A stretch of DNA of 61,048 nucleotides from Vicinamibacteria bacterium (GTDB lineage Bacteria > Acidobacteriota > Vicinamibacteria > Fen-336): NCBI GenBank assembly GCA_025923995.1, contig JAICEW010000003.1:1-61048 (forward strand), read 5' to 3'. This document shows, piece after piece, positions 21,603 to 31,197 of the stretch. Under the pieces are notes generated by a model. It ran no database searches. It had not been told where the DNA came from and saw only the letters and a program-made list of their open reading frames with translations. Position 1 is the first letter of the stretch. The number at the start of each line of letters is the position of its first letter. A program made the position numbers and the translations under genes.

Positions 21603-22408
21603 GGTTTCGCCTCCGGCACGCGGACGTAGCGCGTCTCGCCTCCGATCGCCGTCGCCGTCGCGCCCACGACCTTCTCGCCCTCCAACCGGATCTCGTAGGT
21701 CACGCCGACGGCCTCCCTGTGCTGGAACCGCTGGGCGTCGATCGCTCCCAGCTTGAACGACCGCTCACCGAGCTTCGCGGTCAGCACGCCGTCCGCCACC
21801 GCCAGCGCGAGCTCCTCCGTCCCGCCCTCCTCGCGGTAGCGGCCCGCGTAGCGCGCGAGTATCGCCGGATCCACGACCGCCTCCGGCCTGGGGGGCGGCA
21901 CCGCGCCCGCCTTGCGCAGGCGCTCGGCGATGTCCTTGTTCGGATTCCGCTCGGCCGCCTCCAGCACGTAGGACAGGTCGCGCGCGCTGACCGTGCCGCT
22001 CGCGAGTACCACGTCCACGACCTCCGGCTTCTCCGCGAAGACGGCGCCCAGCAGCGCGGGCCCGCCGCCCCTCCTGGTCCGCTCCAGGAGCAGGCGGACG
22101 ACGTCCGCGTGGCCCTTGTAGGCGGCCCACCCCAGCGCCGTGTTCTTGTAGAACGTGTCGAGCGCATCGACGTCGGCGCCGCGATCGAGCAGCAGCCTCA
22201 CGATCGCCACGTCGCCACGGTCGGCCGCGAAGGACAGCGCCGTGCGGTCGTAGCGGAACTTCGTGTCGACAGGCACGCCGTCGTCGAGCAGGGCCTTGAC
22301 CGCGGCCGCGTCGCTCTTGCGGACGGCATCCAGCAGCGCGTCCTCGCGCGTCCCGGCCGGCAGGGGCGCCGTCAGGGGGATGACGAGCGCGAGCGCCGCG
22401 AGCTTCAT
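21599..22408 (-). CDS. Ankyrin-repeat protein with signal peptide
   Basis: TALSFAADRG, TALGWAAYKGH; start MKLAAL with GGAGG SD. Confidence 0.85.
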   Translation of the reverse strand: MKLAALALVIPLTAPLPAGTREDALLDAVRKSDAAAVKALLDDGVPVDTKFRYDRTALSFAADRGDVAIVRLLLDRGADVDALDTFYKNTALGWAAYKGHADVVRLLLERTRRGGGPALLGAVFAEKPEVVDVVLASGTVSARDLSYVLEAAERNPNKDIAERLRKAGAVPPPRPEAVVDPAILARYAGRYREEGGTEELALAVADGVLTAKLGERSFKLGAIDAQRFQHREAVGVTYEIRLEGEKVVGATATAIGGETRYVRVPEAKP

Positions 22409-22451
22409 GCGATCGAACCTCCGCCGGCCTTCGACCATACCACGCGTCCCT

Positions 22452-23627
22452 TCAGCTGGCCGCCACCCGGCCCAGCCGGACCATGGACAGGGCGCCCAGG
22501 AACGGGCCGATCGCGAGCGTCGTGAACACCCATCGCCATCCCAGGTGCGCGGCCAGCAGCGGCAGGACCTGCAGCGAGACCACGGTCACGGCGAACCCGA
22601 TGCCGTTCTGGACGGTGAGCGCGGTCGCGGTGTACTCGGGCGGCGCGTAGCGGGCCGCGAGCGCCGAGAACTGCGGCGAGTCGGCCACGACCACGACGCC
22701 CCAGGCCACGAGGTAGGCGTAGAGCGCCGGAGCCGGCAGCGCGTGCGCGAACCCGGAGAGCAGGCACAACGTGCCGCTGGCGAGGAGCGCGGCCAGCGCC
22801 ACGCGCCGCTCGCCGACGCGGCGCGAGATCCAGCCCCCGCCCGCGCAGCCCAGGAAGCCGGCGGCGACGGTGGCGAAGCAGACGAGGGCGATCTCGGGCC
22901 GCGCGGCCTTCCCCGCCAGGAAGAAGCCGACCAGGCCCCACAGCGCGTACAGCTCCCACATGTGCCCGAAGTAGCCCAGCGCGGTGTAGCGGAAGGCGGG
23001 ATCGCGGAAGACGCGGCCGGCGGCGCGCGCGTCGAACGGCGCCCGCGTGCGCAGGTACGGGCCGTCGCTCAGGAGGACGACCAGGAGGCCGCCCGCCACG
23101 GCGGAGACGGAGGCGACGCCCGCCAGCAGGCGCCAGTCGCGCCCGGCGCCGACCGCCTGGATCAGGTACGGCGAGGCGGTGCCGAGCGCGAGCGCGCCGA
23201 CCAGGACGCCGAGGCGCCAACCCAGCCCCTCGCGAAACCAGGACGCCACGATCTTCATCCCGACCGGGTACACGCCCGCCAGCGTGACGCCGGCGAGGAA
23301 CCGGAACACGAGCGCGGTGCCCAGCCCGGACGTGACCCAGGCGAAACACGCGTTGAACGCGGCGCCCAGCAGCGCCGAGACCAGGAACACGCGCCGCGCG
23401 TTGAACACGTCGGCGATGTTGAGTACGGAGTACAGGAACGTCCCGCTGATGAACCCCAGCTGCACCGCGACCGTGAGCCAGGCCGCCTGCGCGTCCGACA
23501 GCGCCCACAGCTCGCGCAGCGCGGGCATGGCCGCGGTGCCCGAGAACCAGATGGAGCCCGCCAGGAGCACCGCGAGCGAGACGACGGCCAGCGCGCGGCC
23601 GGCCGCGCCGTCCTCGGCCGGCGTCAC
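22452..23627 (-). CDS. MFS transporter
   Basis: ~12 TMs, LAGVYPVGMK, GHMWELYA, VADSPQFSA; GTGA overlap with the upstream gene. Confidence 0.88.
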   Translation of the reverse strand: MTPAEDGAAGRALAVVSLAVLLAGSIWFSGTAAMPALRELWALSDAQAAWLTVAVQLGFISGTFLYSVLNIADVFNARRVFLVSALLGAAFNACFAWVTSGLGTALVFRFLAGVTLAGVYPVGMKIVASWFREGLGWRLGVLVGALALGTASPYLIQAVGAGRDWRLLAGVASVSAVAGGLLVVLLSDGPYLRTRAPFDARAAGRVFRDPAFRYTALGYFGHMWELYALWGLVGFFLAGKAARPEIALVCFATVAAGFLGCAGGGWISRRVGERRVALAALLASGTLCLLSGFAHALPAPALYAYLVAWGVVVVADSPQFSALAARYAPPEYTATALTVQNGIGFAVTVVSLQVLPLLAAHLGWRWVFTTLAIGPFLGALSMVRLGRVAAS

Positions 23628-25363
23628 TCTCCCAGCGCCTGGTAGCGGACGAGGCGGTAGCGGTAGCGCTCGGTCGCGCGCATCGAGCGTCCCAGCCGCT
23701 CGTGCAGGTCCTCGGTCCAGGCGTCGTAGCGGTCGACGAACGCGTCGGCCGCCGCCTTGTCGCCCGCGGCCTGGATGGCGAGCACCTTCTCGAGCATCGA
23801 GCCCACGACCGCGGGGTAGCGGGCGTAGTGGATCTTGAGCCGCCCGGTCCCGGAGTCGAGCTGCAGCAGCCCGCCCTCCAGGAACCAGTTCATCTGCATC
23901 AGCTGCATCGTCTGGTAGGGCTGGCCGCGCCGCGGCTGGCTCTTCTGGAGCACGCGCAGGATCCCCGCCGCGTGGACGTCCTTGAGGCGCGCGTCGTCGA
24001 AGTCGCCGCTCGCGCGCAGCGCCTGCGCCGCGAACAGCGAGACGAGGTCGGACTTCAGCTCCTCGAACAGGTCCGCGTTCTCCTGCAGCGCGACGGCCAG
24101 GTCGCGCCCGCTGCGGTCGCGGTCGGGACCGAGGTAGTGGCCGATCTCGTGCCACAGCGTCCGGTAGAAGCTGCCCTCGCTGCCCAGGTCGCCCGTGTGC
24201 TCCGGCGCCACCGCCGCCGCCCACGTGGCCTGCGAGATCGCGAACAGGTCGGGGTGCGTCATGATGTTGGAGCGCAGCAGGATCGTGCGCCCGTACTTGC
24301 GCGTGATGCGCGCCTCGTTGGGCAGGATCGAGGCGGTGTTGGTGCCGCGCGCCTGGCCGAAGTCGGCCACCACGTTGTAGACGCCGACCGGCAGGTTCTC
24401 GCGCACCCTGCGGTGCGGCTCGTACGGCAGCGCGTCCTCGATCGACTGGATGCCGCGCAGCGCGGCGCGCAGGGTGCGCGTCCGCTCGGCGTCGCGGATC
24501 AGCACGCTGTGGCTCATGAAGGACTTCACGCCCAGCAGCTCGTCGTCGTACGTCTCGAAGGAGCCGATCTGGGCGTTCAGGTTCCCGAACGACCCCATGA
24601 TCCAGGACGCGTCGCCCGACTCGTAGGCGTTCGTGAGGAAGTCGCGCCGGCGATTCTCGAGGTAGTCCGCCAGGTCCTCGTCCTCCCGTCGCACGGCAGC
24701 CGCGGCTTCCTCCAGGCGCGCGCCCGCCTCGTCCAGGTCGTCCGCGTACGCGAGCGCGTACGGGATCGCGTAGAAGCCGGCGGCCCCGGCACGGATGTGC
24801 GCCTCCAGGGCCGGGTGCAGCGCCGCCAGCGCGGGACGCGCCGCCAGCGCGGTGAGGTCGGCCGGGATGTCCGCGGCCTCGCGCACCACGGTGCGGCCGT
24901 TCAGGATGTCATCCCTGGCCTCACCGTGCTCCTCCAGGAACGACTCGAGGCGTGCCTTGTCGATGCCCCACGGGTACACGTTCTTGCCCGGCACGATCGG
25001 GTCGACGGGCAGGAACGGCTCGCGCTCGTTGTCGAGCGTGGTTGCGATCGGCCCCTGCCAGAGCCGGTACAGCGTGAGCAGGTCCTCCCGGCGCGGCTGG
25101 CGCGCGGCCAGGGCACGGTGGGCCTCCAGCGCCTGGCGATGGTTCTGCCGTTCGTAGATCCGCTGCAGCGGCGGCCCTGCCGCGAGCAATGCGTCCAGGG
25201 CGCGGCGCTCGCCCGGCGTGAGCGCTTCCAGCGAGGGCGCGAGCGTGAGGACGAGCGTCTTGTCGAGGATCGGGCGGGTCTGCTCCGGACCCCACTCGCG
25301 CACGGCCCCCAGGGCCGCCGCGGAGGTCAGGACCAGCCCCGCGAGGACGTGGCGCACGCGCAT
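23624..25363 (-). CDS. Secreted M49-family (dipeptidyl peptidase III-like) zinc peptidase
   Basis: ETYDDEL, ASILPNE, HEIGH (HExxH), EELKSD; signal peptide from MRVRHV. Confidence 0.8.
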   Translation of the reverse strand: MRVRHVLAGLVLTSAAALGAVREWGPEQTRPILDKTLVLTLAPSLEALTPGERRALDALLAAGPPLQRIYERQNHRQALEAHRALAARQPRREDLLTLYRLWQGPIATTLDNEREPFLPVDPIVPGKNVYPWGIDKARLESFLEEHGEARDDILNGRTVVREAADIPADLTALAARPALAALHPALEAHIRAGAAGFYAIPYALAYADDLDEAGARLEEAAAAVRREDEDLADYLENRRRDFLTNAYESGDASWIMGSFGNLNAQIGSFETYDDELLGVKSFMSHSVLIRDAERTRTLRAALRGIQSIEDALPYEPHRRVRENLPVGVYNVVADFGQARGTNTASILPNEARITRKYGRTILLRSNIMTHPDLFAISQATWAAAVAPEHTGDLGSEGSFYRTLWHEIGHYLGPDRDRSGRDLAVALQENADLFEELKSDLVSLFAAQALRASGDFDDARLKDVHAAGILRVLQKSQPRRGQPYQTMQLMQMNWFLEGGLLQLDSGTGRLKIHYARYPAVVGSMLEKVLAIQAAGDKAAADAFVDRYDAWTEDLHERLGRSMRATERYRYRLVRYQALGE

Positions 25364-25397
25364 AGGCCTCCCGGGTGGACGGAGCCCCGAGGATAGC

Positions 25398-26060
25398 TCA
25401 GTGGCCGGAGCTTCCCCACAGCTCCTGGAGCCGCGCGTCGCGCCCGCAGCCGGTGCGGTACAGGCGGTACTGCATCGGGTTCTTCTTGTAGTAGTCCTGG
25501 TGGTACTCCTCGGCCGGCCAGAACGGGCCCGCCTCCTCGATGGGCGTGACGAGCGGCTGCTTGAAGCGCTTCGTGCGCTCGACCTCGCCCTTCGACGCCT
25601 CCGCGGCCTTCCGCTGCGCGGCGTCGTGCACGAAGATGCCGCTGCGGTACTGCTCGCCCACGTCGCAGAACTGCCGGTTGCGCACGGTGGGGTCGATGTT
25701 GTGCCAGAACACCTCGAGCAGCTTCTCGTAGCCGACCTTGGTCGGATCGAACACGATCCGCACCGCCTCCGCATGGCCCGTGCCGCCCGAGGAGACCTGC
25801 TCGTAGGAGGGGTCCTGCTGGGGGCCGCCGGTGTACCCCGAGGTGACCGAGAGCACGCCGGGGATCTTCTCGAAGGGCGGCTCCATGCACCAGAAGCAGC
25901 CGCCGGCGAAGGTCGCGATGGCGGCGCCGGGCGGCACCGCGGGCATCGCCGCCTTGGGTTTCCCGTTTCCCGCCGGCCCCTTCGCCGCGCCACTCCCCAC
26001 CAGCAGCGCCACCCCGACGGCGACCGCCAGGGCGGTCATGATCCCCAGACGCATCCTCAT
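25398..26060 (-). CDS. msrA: Peptide methionine sulfoxide reductase A, exported
   Basis: FAGGCFWCME, SGYTGG, AEEYHQDYY; N-terminal signal/TM. Confidence 0.95.
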   Translation of the reverse strand: MRMRLGIMTALAVAVGVALLVGSGAAKGPAGNGKPKAAMPAVPPGAAIATFAGGCFWCMEPPFEKIPGVLSVTSGYTGGPQQDPSYEQVSSGGTGHAEAVRIVFDPTKVGYEKLLEVFWHNIDPTVRNRQFCDVGEQYRSGIFVHDAAQRKAAEASKGEVERTKRFKQPLVTPIEEAGPFWPAEEYHQDYYKKNPMQYRLYRTGCGRDARLQELWGSSGH

Positions 26061-26076
26061 GCAGACCCTCCCAGAC

Positions 26077-26172
26077 GGTGGAACGCCGCCGGCGGCCTTC
26101 CTCATCCCGCCGCCTCGTCCTATGATCCCCCGAGGGGCCGGGAATCCAAGACCCGTCCCTTGGCGTTCCACC
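26077..26172. promoter_or_regulatory. Divergent ECF-type promoters for msrA and msrB
   Basis: Identical 11-mer GGCGTTCCACC on each strand (26077-26087 minus, 26162-26172 plus), each ~20 nt downstream of CGGGA. Confidence 0.55.
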
Positions 26173-26176
26173 CTGT

Positions 26177-26719
26177 ATGAAGAAGATCCTGCTGGCGGTC
26201 CTCGTCCTCCTCGGCGCGTCGAGTGCCTTCCTCCTCCGCGCGGGCGGGTCGGACAAGAAGGCGGGCCCGGTCGCGGGCACGACCGTCCGGCTGTACTCGG
26301 AGGAGACGAAGGGCTACGTGAGCCTGCCCGCGGTCGTGAAGACGGCCGCCGAGTGGAAGGAGCAGCTCAGCCCGCTCCAGTTCCAGGTGACGCGCGAGGC
26401 CGGCACCGAGCGCGCCTTCACCGGCGAGCTGTGGAACAACCACCGCAAGGGCCTCTACCGCTGCGTCGCGTGTGGAACCGACCTGTTCCGGTCGGAGACC
26501 AAGTTCGAGTCGGGGACCGGCTGGCCGAGCTTCTGGAAGCCGATCGCGCGCGAGAACGTCGAGGAGCGCAGCGACTGGTCGATGGGCATGCAGCGCACGG
26601 AGGTGCTCTGCCGCCGCTGCGGCGCGCACCTGGGCCACGTCTTCGACGACGGACCCCGGCCCACGGGCCTGCGCTACTGCATGAACTCCGCGGCGCTGCG
26701 GTTCGTGCCCGGCGAGTAG
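26177..26719 (+). CDS. msrB: Peptide methionine sulfoxide reductase B, exported, Zn-binding
   Basis: GTERAF, CVAC and [26 protein letters not shown]; signal peptide. Confidence 0.95.
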   Translation: MKKILLAVLVLLGASSAFLLRAGGSDKKAGPVAGTTVRLYSEETKGYVSLPAVVKTAAEWKEQLSPLQFQVTREAGTERAFTGELWNNHRKGLYRCVACGTDLFRSETKFESGTGWPSFWKPIARENVEERSDWSMGMQRTEVLCRRCGAHLGHVFDDGPRPTGLRYCMNSAALRFVPGE

Positions 26720-26721
26720 CC

Positions 26722-27285
26722 CTGGATCCCGGCCACCGCCCCGCGCCGGCGGACCTGCGCGCAGCCCTCTCCCGCCGGCTGCCCGATGTCATCGGCCCGG
26801 GCCTGCGCGTGCTGTTCTGCGGCATCAATCCCGGCGTGTACTCGGCCGCCGTCGGCCACCAGTTCGCGCGGCCCGGGAACCGCTTCTGGAAGGCGCTGCA
26901 CGGGTCGGGCTTCACCGATCGTCTGGTCTCGCCCTTCGAGGACCAGACGCTCGTCTCCGTCGGCCTGGGCATCACGAACCTGTGCCCGCGCACCACGGCC
27001 CGGGCCGAGGAGCTGGACGAGGCCGAGCTGCGGCGCGGCGCGCGCGCTCTCGCCGCCAAGGTGCGTCGCTACCGGCCGGTGTGGCTGGCGGTGCTGGGGG
27101 TGGGCGCGTACCGGATCGCGTTCGGCCGGCCGCGAGCGGCGCTCGGTCCCCAGGCGGAGCCCCTCGGGCTCGCCCGCGTCTGGGTCCTGCCCAACCCCAG
27201 CGGGCTCAACGCCCACTACCCCCTCGCCGACCTCGTCCGCCAGTTCGCCGACCTGCGCCGGGCGGCGGGTTTCCAATCCCCCTGA
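26722..27285 (+). CDS. mug: G/U mismatch-specific uracil DNA glycosylase; probable CTG start
   Basis: LPDVIGPGLRVLFCGINPG, NRFW, WVLPNPSGLNAH. Confidence 0.9.
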   Translation: MDPGHRPAPADLRAALSRRLPDVIGPGLRVLFCGINPGVYSAAVGHQFARPGNRFWKALHGSGFTDRLVSPFEDQTLVSVGLGITNLCPRTTARAEELDEAELRRGARALAAKVRRYRPVWLAVLGVGAYRIAFGRPRAALGPQAEPLGLARVWVLPNPSGLNAHYPLADLVRQFADLRRAAGFQSP

Positions 27286-27351
27286 TCTTGTGGAACTCTG
27301 CTTGGGGCTCAGGGCAAGACGCTAGCGGAGCCGGGAAGACCAAGGAGCCAG

Positions 27352-27939
27352 GTGGAGCCGACCGACGCGGACGCACCCGAGCTGCTGAGGCGCTCGGCCG
27401 AGGGAGACGAGGAGGCTTTCGTGGCGCTGTACCGCCGCTTCCAGGGCGGCATCTACCGCTTCGCCTGGCGCATGACCGGATCGCGCGAGGCGGCGGAGGA
27501 CGTCACCCAGGAGACCTTCCTCGTGGTCGTCCGCGGACCCAACCGGTACGACCAGGGCCGCGGCGCCTTCGGCCCGTACCTGTACGGGATCGCGCGCAAC
27601 CTCATGATGAAGCGAGCGGGCCGGGAGCGGCCGTTCACGACTCTGGGCGACGAGCAGGAGGCGCTGCCCTCCGCTCTCGACCCGACGGCGGACCTGGAGC
27701 AGCGCCAGGCGGTCGAGGTGGTGAGGCGGGCGGTCCTGACGCTGCCCGAGCACTACCGCGAGGTGGTCGTGCTGGCCGAGCTGCAGGGGCTGCCCTACGA
27801 AGAGGTCGCGGCCGCGATCGGGTGCCCGGTGGGCACGGTGCGCTCGCGGCTGCATCGGGCGCGCGCGCTGCTGGCGCAGCGGCTCCGGGGACGTGGCGGC
27901 GCGCCACAGTGGACGGCGCGCGTGGTGGAGACGGCATGA
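27352..27939 (+). CDS. ECF RNA polymerase sigma factor
   Basis: AAEDVTQETF, YLYGIARN, YEEVAAAIGCPVGTVRSRLHRAR. Confidence 0.93.
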   Translation: MEPTDADAPELLRRSAEGDEEAFVALYRRFQGGIYRFAWRMTGSREAAEDVTQETFLVVVRGPNRYDQGRGAFGPYLYGIARNLMMKRAGRERPFTTLGDEQEALPSALDPTADLEQRQAVEVVRRAVLTLPEHYREVVVLAELQGLPYEEVAAAIGCPVGTVRSRLHRARALLAQRLRGRGGAPQWTARVVETA

Positions 27940-28565
27940 GCAGGTACAGGCCGGGCCCGGCCGACGATCGGCTGGTGAGCGAGGCGCTCGCGGCGCTCGC
28001 GCACGAGACCGACGCCCTGGAAGCGCCGCCGGCGGTCGAAGCGCGCCTGCGCGCCGCGTTCCGTCAGGCGAACGGCGTCCCCGTCGCGGCTCCGTCCGCG
28101 CGCTCGAACACGTGGAAGTGGGTGGCGGCGGTGGGCGCGGCGGCCGGCCTGATCTGGGTCGCCTACGCCTCGATGCGCACGCAGCCGAAGCGACCCGATC
28201 CGCGCGAGGTCGTCCGGTCGCAGGAGCCGGAGCCCACGATCGCTCCGCGCGCGGTCGAAAGCGCGACACCCGCGCCGGTGATCGCGCGCGAGACGCCTCG
28301 GGTGCAGCGCGTGGCCTCCACGGCCTCGCGCCGCGAGGTACGGCGGCCGGCTCCCCCTCGCGTGGAGCGGTTCGAGCCGCTCTACCCCGGCGATCCTCTG
28401 GCCGACCTGGACGCGGTGCACCTGATGCGCGTGTCCGTGCCGCGCTCGGCGCTCGGATCGCTGGGATGGCCGTCGCGCCCCGGCCTGCGCGACGACCGGG
28501 TGGAGCTGGAAGCGATGGTCGGGCCCGACGGCATGACGAGGGCGGTGCGGTTCATCAGCCAATAG
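27936..28565 (+). CDS. Putative single-TM anti-sigma factor
   Basis: ATGA overlap with sigma; APPAVEARLRAAF, TM, C-terminal MRVSVPRSAL...VGPDGMTRAVRF. Confidence 0.75.
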   Translation: MSRYRPGPADDRLVSEALAALAHETDALEAPPAVEARLRAAFRQANGVPVAAPSARSNTWKWVAAVGAAAGLIWVAYASMRTQPKRPDPREVVRSQEPEPTIAPRAVESATPAPVIARETPRVQRVASTASRREVRRPAPPRVERFEPLYPGDPLADLDAVHLMRVSVPRSALGSLGWPSRPGLRDDRVELEAMVGPDGMTRAVRFISQ

Positions 28566-28587
28566 CGACGGGGGTTGAGGGAGAGCG

Positions 28588-29481
28588 ATGAAGATTCGAA
28601 CGAACGCACTCACGCTGGGAGCCTGCCTGCTGGCGGGCGCGGCCCTGGCCGACGAGAGCCGGAGCGCGACCGCGAGCCGGGACGAGACCTTCACGATGGC
28701 CGTGCCGCATCCGGGCGCGGGCGCCGGGTTCATGGTCCACCACGCGCTCGAGGGCTTCGAGGCGAAGGTGGTGAAGGGGGCGCCCTACTCGGCGGAGTCC
28801 GTGACCGAGATGACGCAGGCGCTCGCCGACGGCAACAAGATCGTCCGCACCACGCGCGGCTCGGTGGCCCGGGACGGCGAGGGCCGCACGCGGCGGGAGC
28901 AGACGCTGGGCGCGCTGGGGCCCCTCATGGCGGACAACGCGCCGCGCGCGATCTTCATCAACGACCCGGTCGCGGGCGTGCACTACGTCCTCGAGCCGGA
29001 CGAGAAGATCGCACGCAAGATGCCGGTGCTCGGGATGTTCATGGGCGAGGCCGGCACGCGGCACGTGACGCGGTTCCAGAAGCGCGTGGTCGTGAACGGG
29101 GCCGAGGTCGAGAACGTCGACGAGGAGCGGGTCCACCACGCCCACCCGGAGGGCGGCCGTCCGAAGACCGAGTCGCTGGGCGAGAAGACGATCGAGGGCG
29201 TGACGGCCGAGGGGACGCGCACCGTCATCACCATCCCGGCCGGCAAGATCGGGAACGAGCGCGAGCTGGAGATCGTGTCCGAGCGCTGGTACTCCCCGCA
29301 GCTGCAGGCGGTCGTGATGAGCAGCCACAAGGATCCCCGCTTCGGCGAGACCGTGTTCCGCCTCACGAACGTCAGCCGCGACGAGCCGGACAGCGCGCTC
29401 TTCACGGTGCCCGCGGACTTCACGGTCAAGGAGGGACCGCGGGGCGACGTGATCAAGGCGATCCGCCGCCACCGCGACTAG
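28588..29481 (+). CDS. Secreted hypothetical protein in the ECF operon
   Basis: Signal peptide, VKGAPYSAE, RDGEGRTRRE, ERWYSPQL, DPRFGE; GAGGGAG SD. Confidence 0.78.
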   Translation: MKIRTNALTLGACLLAGAALADESRSATASRDETFTMAVPHPGAGAGFMVHHALEGFEAKVVKGAPYSAESVTEMTQALADGNKIVRTTRGSVARDGEGRTRREQTLGALGPLMADNAPRAIFINDPVAGVHYVLEPDEKIARKMPVLGMFMGEAGTRHVTRFQKRVVVNGAEVENVDEERVHHAHPEGGRPKTESLGEKTIEGVTAEGTRTVITIPAGKIGNERELEIVSERWYSPQLQAVVMSSHKDPRFGETVFRLTNVSRDEPDSALFTVPADFTVKEGPRGDVIKAIRRHRD

Positions 29482-29533
29482 GCCGGCCTCCTTCCAGCGC
29501 GCACGCGGGCGGGCTTCCCTGGTTCGACGTCGA

Positions 29534-30190
29534 TCAGGGAGTCCGCCCGCGCCGTTTCGGGCGCGTGAGCGCGGCTCGCGCCCTCTCGACCACGGGACGC
29601 GCGTGGCACCCCTCGAAGTGGTCGTTCACCAGGCCCATCGCCTGCATGAACGCGTAGACCGTGGTCGGTCCCACGAAGGTCCAGCCGCGGCGCTTCAGCT
29701 CCTTGCCCAAACGGATCGAGTCCGGGGTCGTGGCCATGGCCATGACCGCCGCGCGCGTGACGCGCCGCGGGCGCGCGGACGGCTCGGGCTCGAACCCCCA
29801 GAAGAACGCGGCCAGCGATCCGAACTCGTCCCGCATCTCGAGCGCCCGTTTCGCGTTGTGGATCACGGACTCGATCTTGCCCTGGTGCCGCACGATGCCG
29901 GCGTCCTGGAGCAGCGCCGTGACCCGCCGCCGGTCGTAGCGCGCCACCTTCTGGAAGTCGAACCCGTCGAACGCGCGCCGGAAGGCGTGCCGCTTGCGCA
30001 GGATCGTGATCCAGCTCAGGCCGTCCTGGAACCCTTCGAGGCAGATCTTCTCGAACAGCCGGCGATCCCGGGTCACCGGCGTGCCCCACTCGCGGTCGTG
30101 GTAGCTGACGTAGTCGGGTGTCGAGGCGCCCCACGAGCAGCGCACGAGACCGTCCTCGCCGCGCACGAGGCCGTCGGCGATCTCCGACAC
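29534..30190 (-). CDS. tag: DNA-3-methyladenine glycosylase I
   Basis: RCSW, YHDREWG, LEGFQDGLSWITIL, FVGPTTVYAFMQAMGLVNDH..C. Confidence 0.93.
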   Translation of the reverse strand: MSEIADGLVRGEDGLVRCSWGASTPDYVSYHDREWGTPVTRDRRLFEKICLEGFQDGLSWITILRKRHAFRRAFDGFDFQKVARYDRRRVTALLQDAGIVRHQGKIESVIHNAKRALEMRDEFGSLAAFFWGFEPEPSARPRRVTRAAVMAMATTPDSIRLGKELKRRGWTFVGPTTVYAFMQAMGLVNDHFEGCHARPVVERARAALTRPKRRGRTP

Positions 30191-30195
30191 GTCGG

Positions 30196-31122
30196 TCAGC
30201 TCCGGGCCCGCCGCTCGGCGGGCAGCAGCGCGGCGTACAGGAACGCGTTGACCGGCACCGGCACGCCGGCTTCGGGCCCGAGGCGCGCGATGGCCCCGTT
30301 CTGCTGCTCCAGCTCGGACGGCCGCCCGTCCATGATGTCGCGCTGCATGGAGGCGGTGGCGTCGGCCGGCAGGCCGTCCACGTAGCGCATGTTGCGCGCC
30401 ACCGCGGCGTCGGGCAGGTTCACTCCCTTCGCGCGCGCGAGCGCCGCCACCTCGAACATCGCGCGCTCGATCAGCTCGCGCGTCTGCGGGACCTCCCGCA
30501 TGACGCCGACCGGCGCCCGCGTGACCGCGCCGACGCCGCTCACGGGCGCGATGAACAGGAACTTCTCCCAGATGGCGGCCTCGACGTCGTCGGGCACCAC
30601 GGCCGAGAGCCCCTGGGCCCGCTCGAACGCGGCGCGCAGCGCTTCCACCCGATCGCTCTTCCTGCCGTCGCGCTCTCCGAGCTCGACGCGCGGCGCCACC
30701 CCCGAGTGGCGCACGTGGCCGGGGCCGACGATCGCGCTCACGATCTTGCACAGCCCGCCGATCACGCGCTCGCGTCCCAGCACGCCCGCCAGCTGGTCGG
30801 CCGCCTCCACGCCGTTCTGCAGCGGCACCACGAACGTGGCCGGACCCAGCAGCGGCCCCAGCGTGCGCGCCGTCTCGGTCACCTGCCAGGCCTTCACGCC
30901 GACCAGCACCACGTCGACGGGACCGATGCGGGCCGGGTCGTCGGAGGCCTCGACCGGCGCGATCACGAAGTCGCCGGCCACGCTGTCGACACGCAGGCCG
31001 TGCGCGCGCATCGCCTGCAGGTGCGCGCCGCGGGCCACGAACGCGACCGACTCTCCCGCCTGGGCCAGGCGCCCGCCGAAGTAGGCGCCGACGCCGCCCG
31101 TGCCGACCACCGCGATCCTCAT
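30196..31122 (-). CDS. panE: 2-dehydropantoate 2-reductase (ketopantoate reductase family)
   Basis: IAVVGTGGVG, VKAW, LQNGV, WEKF, SMQRDIMDGRPSELE. Confidence 0.9.
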   Translation of the reverse strand: MRIAVVGTGGVGAYFGGRLAQAGESVAFVARGAHLQAMRAHGLRVDSVAGDFVIAPVEASDDPARIGPVDVVLVGVKAWQVTETARTLGPLLGPATFVVPLQNGVEAADQLAGVLGRERVIGGLCKIVSAIVGPGHVRHSGVAPRVELGERDGRKSDRVEALRAAFERAQGLSAVVPDDVEAAIWEKFLFIAPVSGVGAVTRAPVGVMREVPQTRELIERAMFEVAALARAKGVNLPDAAVARNMRYVDGLPADATASMQRDIMDGRPSELEQQNGAIARLGPEAGVPVPVNAFLYAALLPAERRARS

Positions 31123-31197
31123 CCCCGTGTCCTCGGCTCCCCCGTAGCACCCCATTCTCCATCATCGACGGCGCGCCGCTTGTGCTACTTTCGGCCC

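Noticed and set aside
27292-27320. Autoregulatory ECF promoter upstream of the sigma gene
   Set aside because: A GGAACT -35 is visible, but I cannot identify a convincing -10 element
29516-29540. Imperfect hairpin between convergent genes
   Set aside because: Short, mismatched and without a U-tract; not enough support to call a terminator
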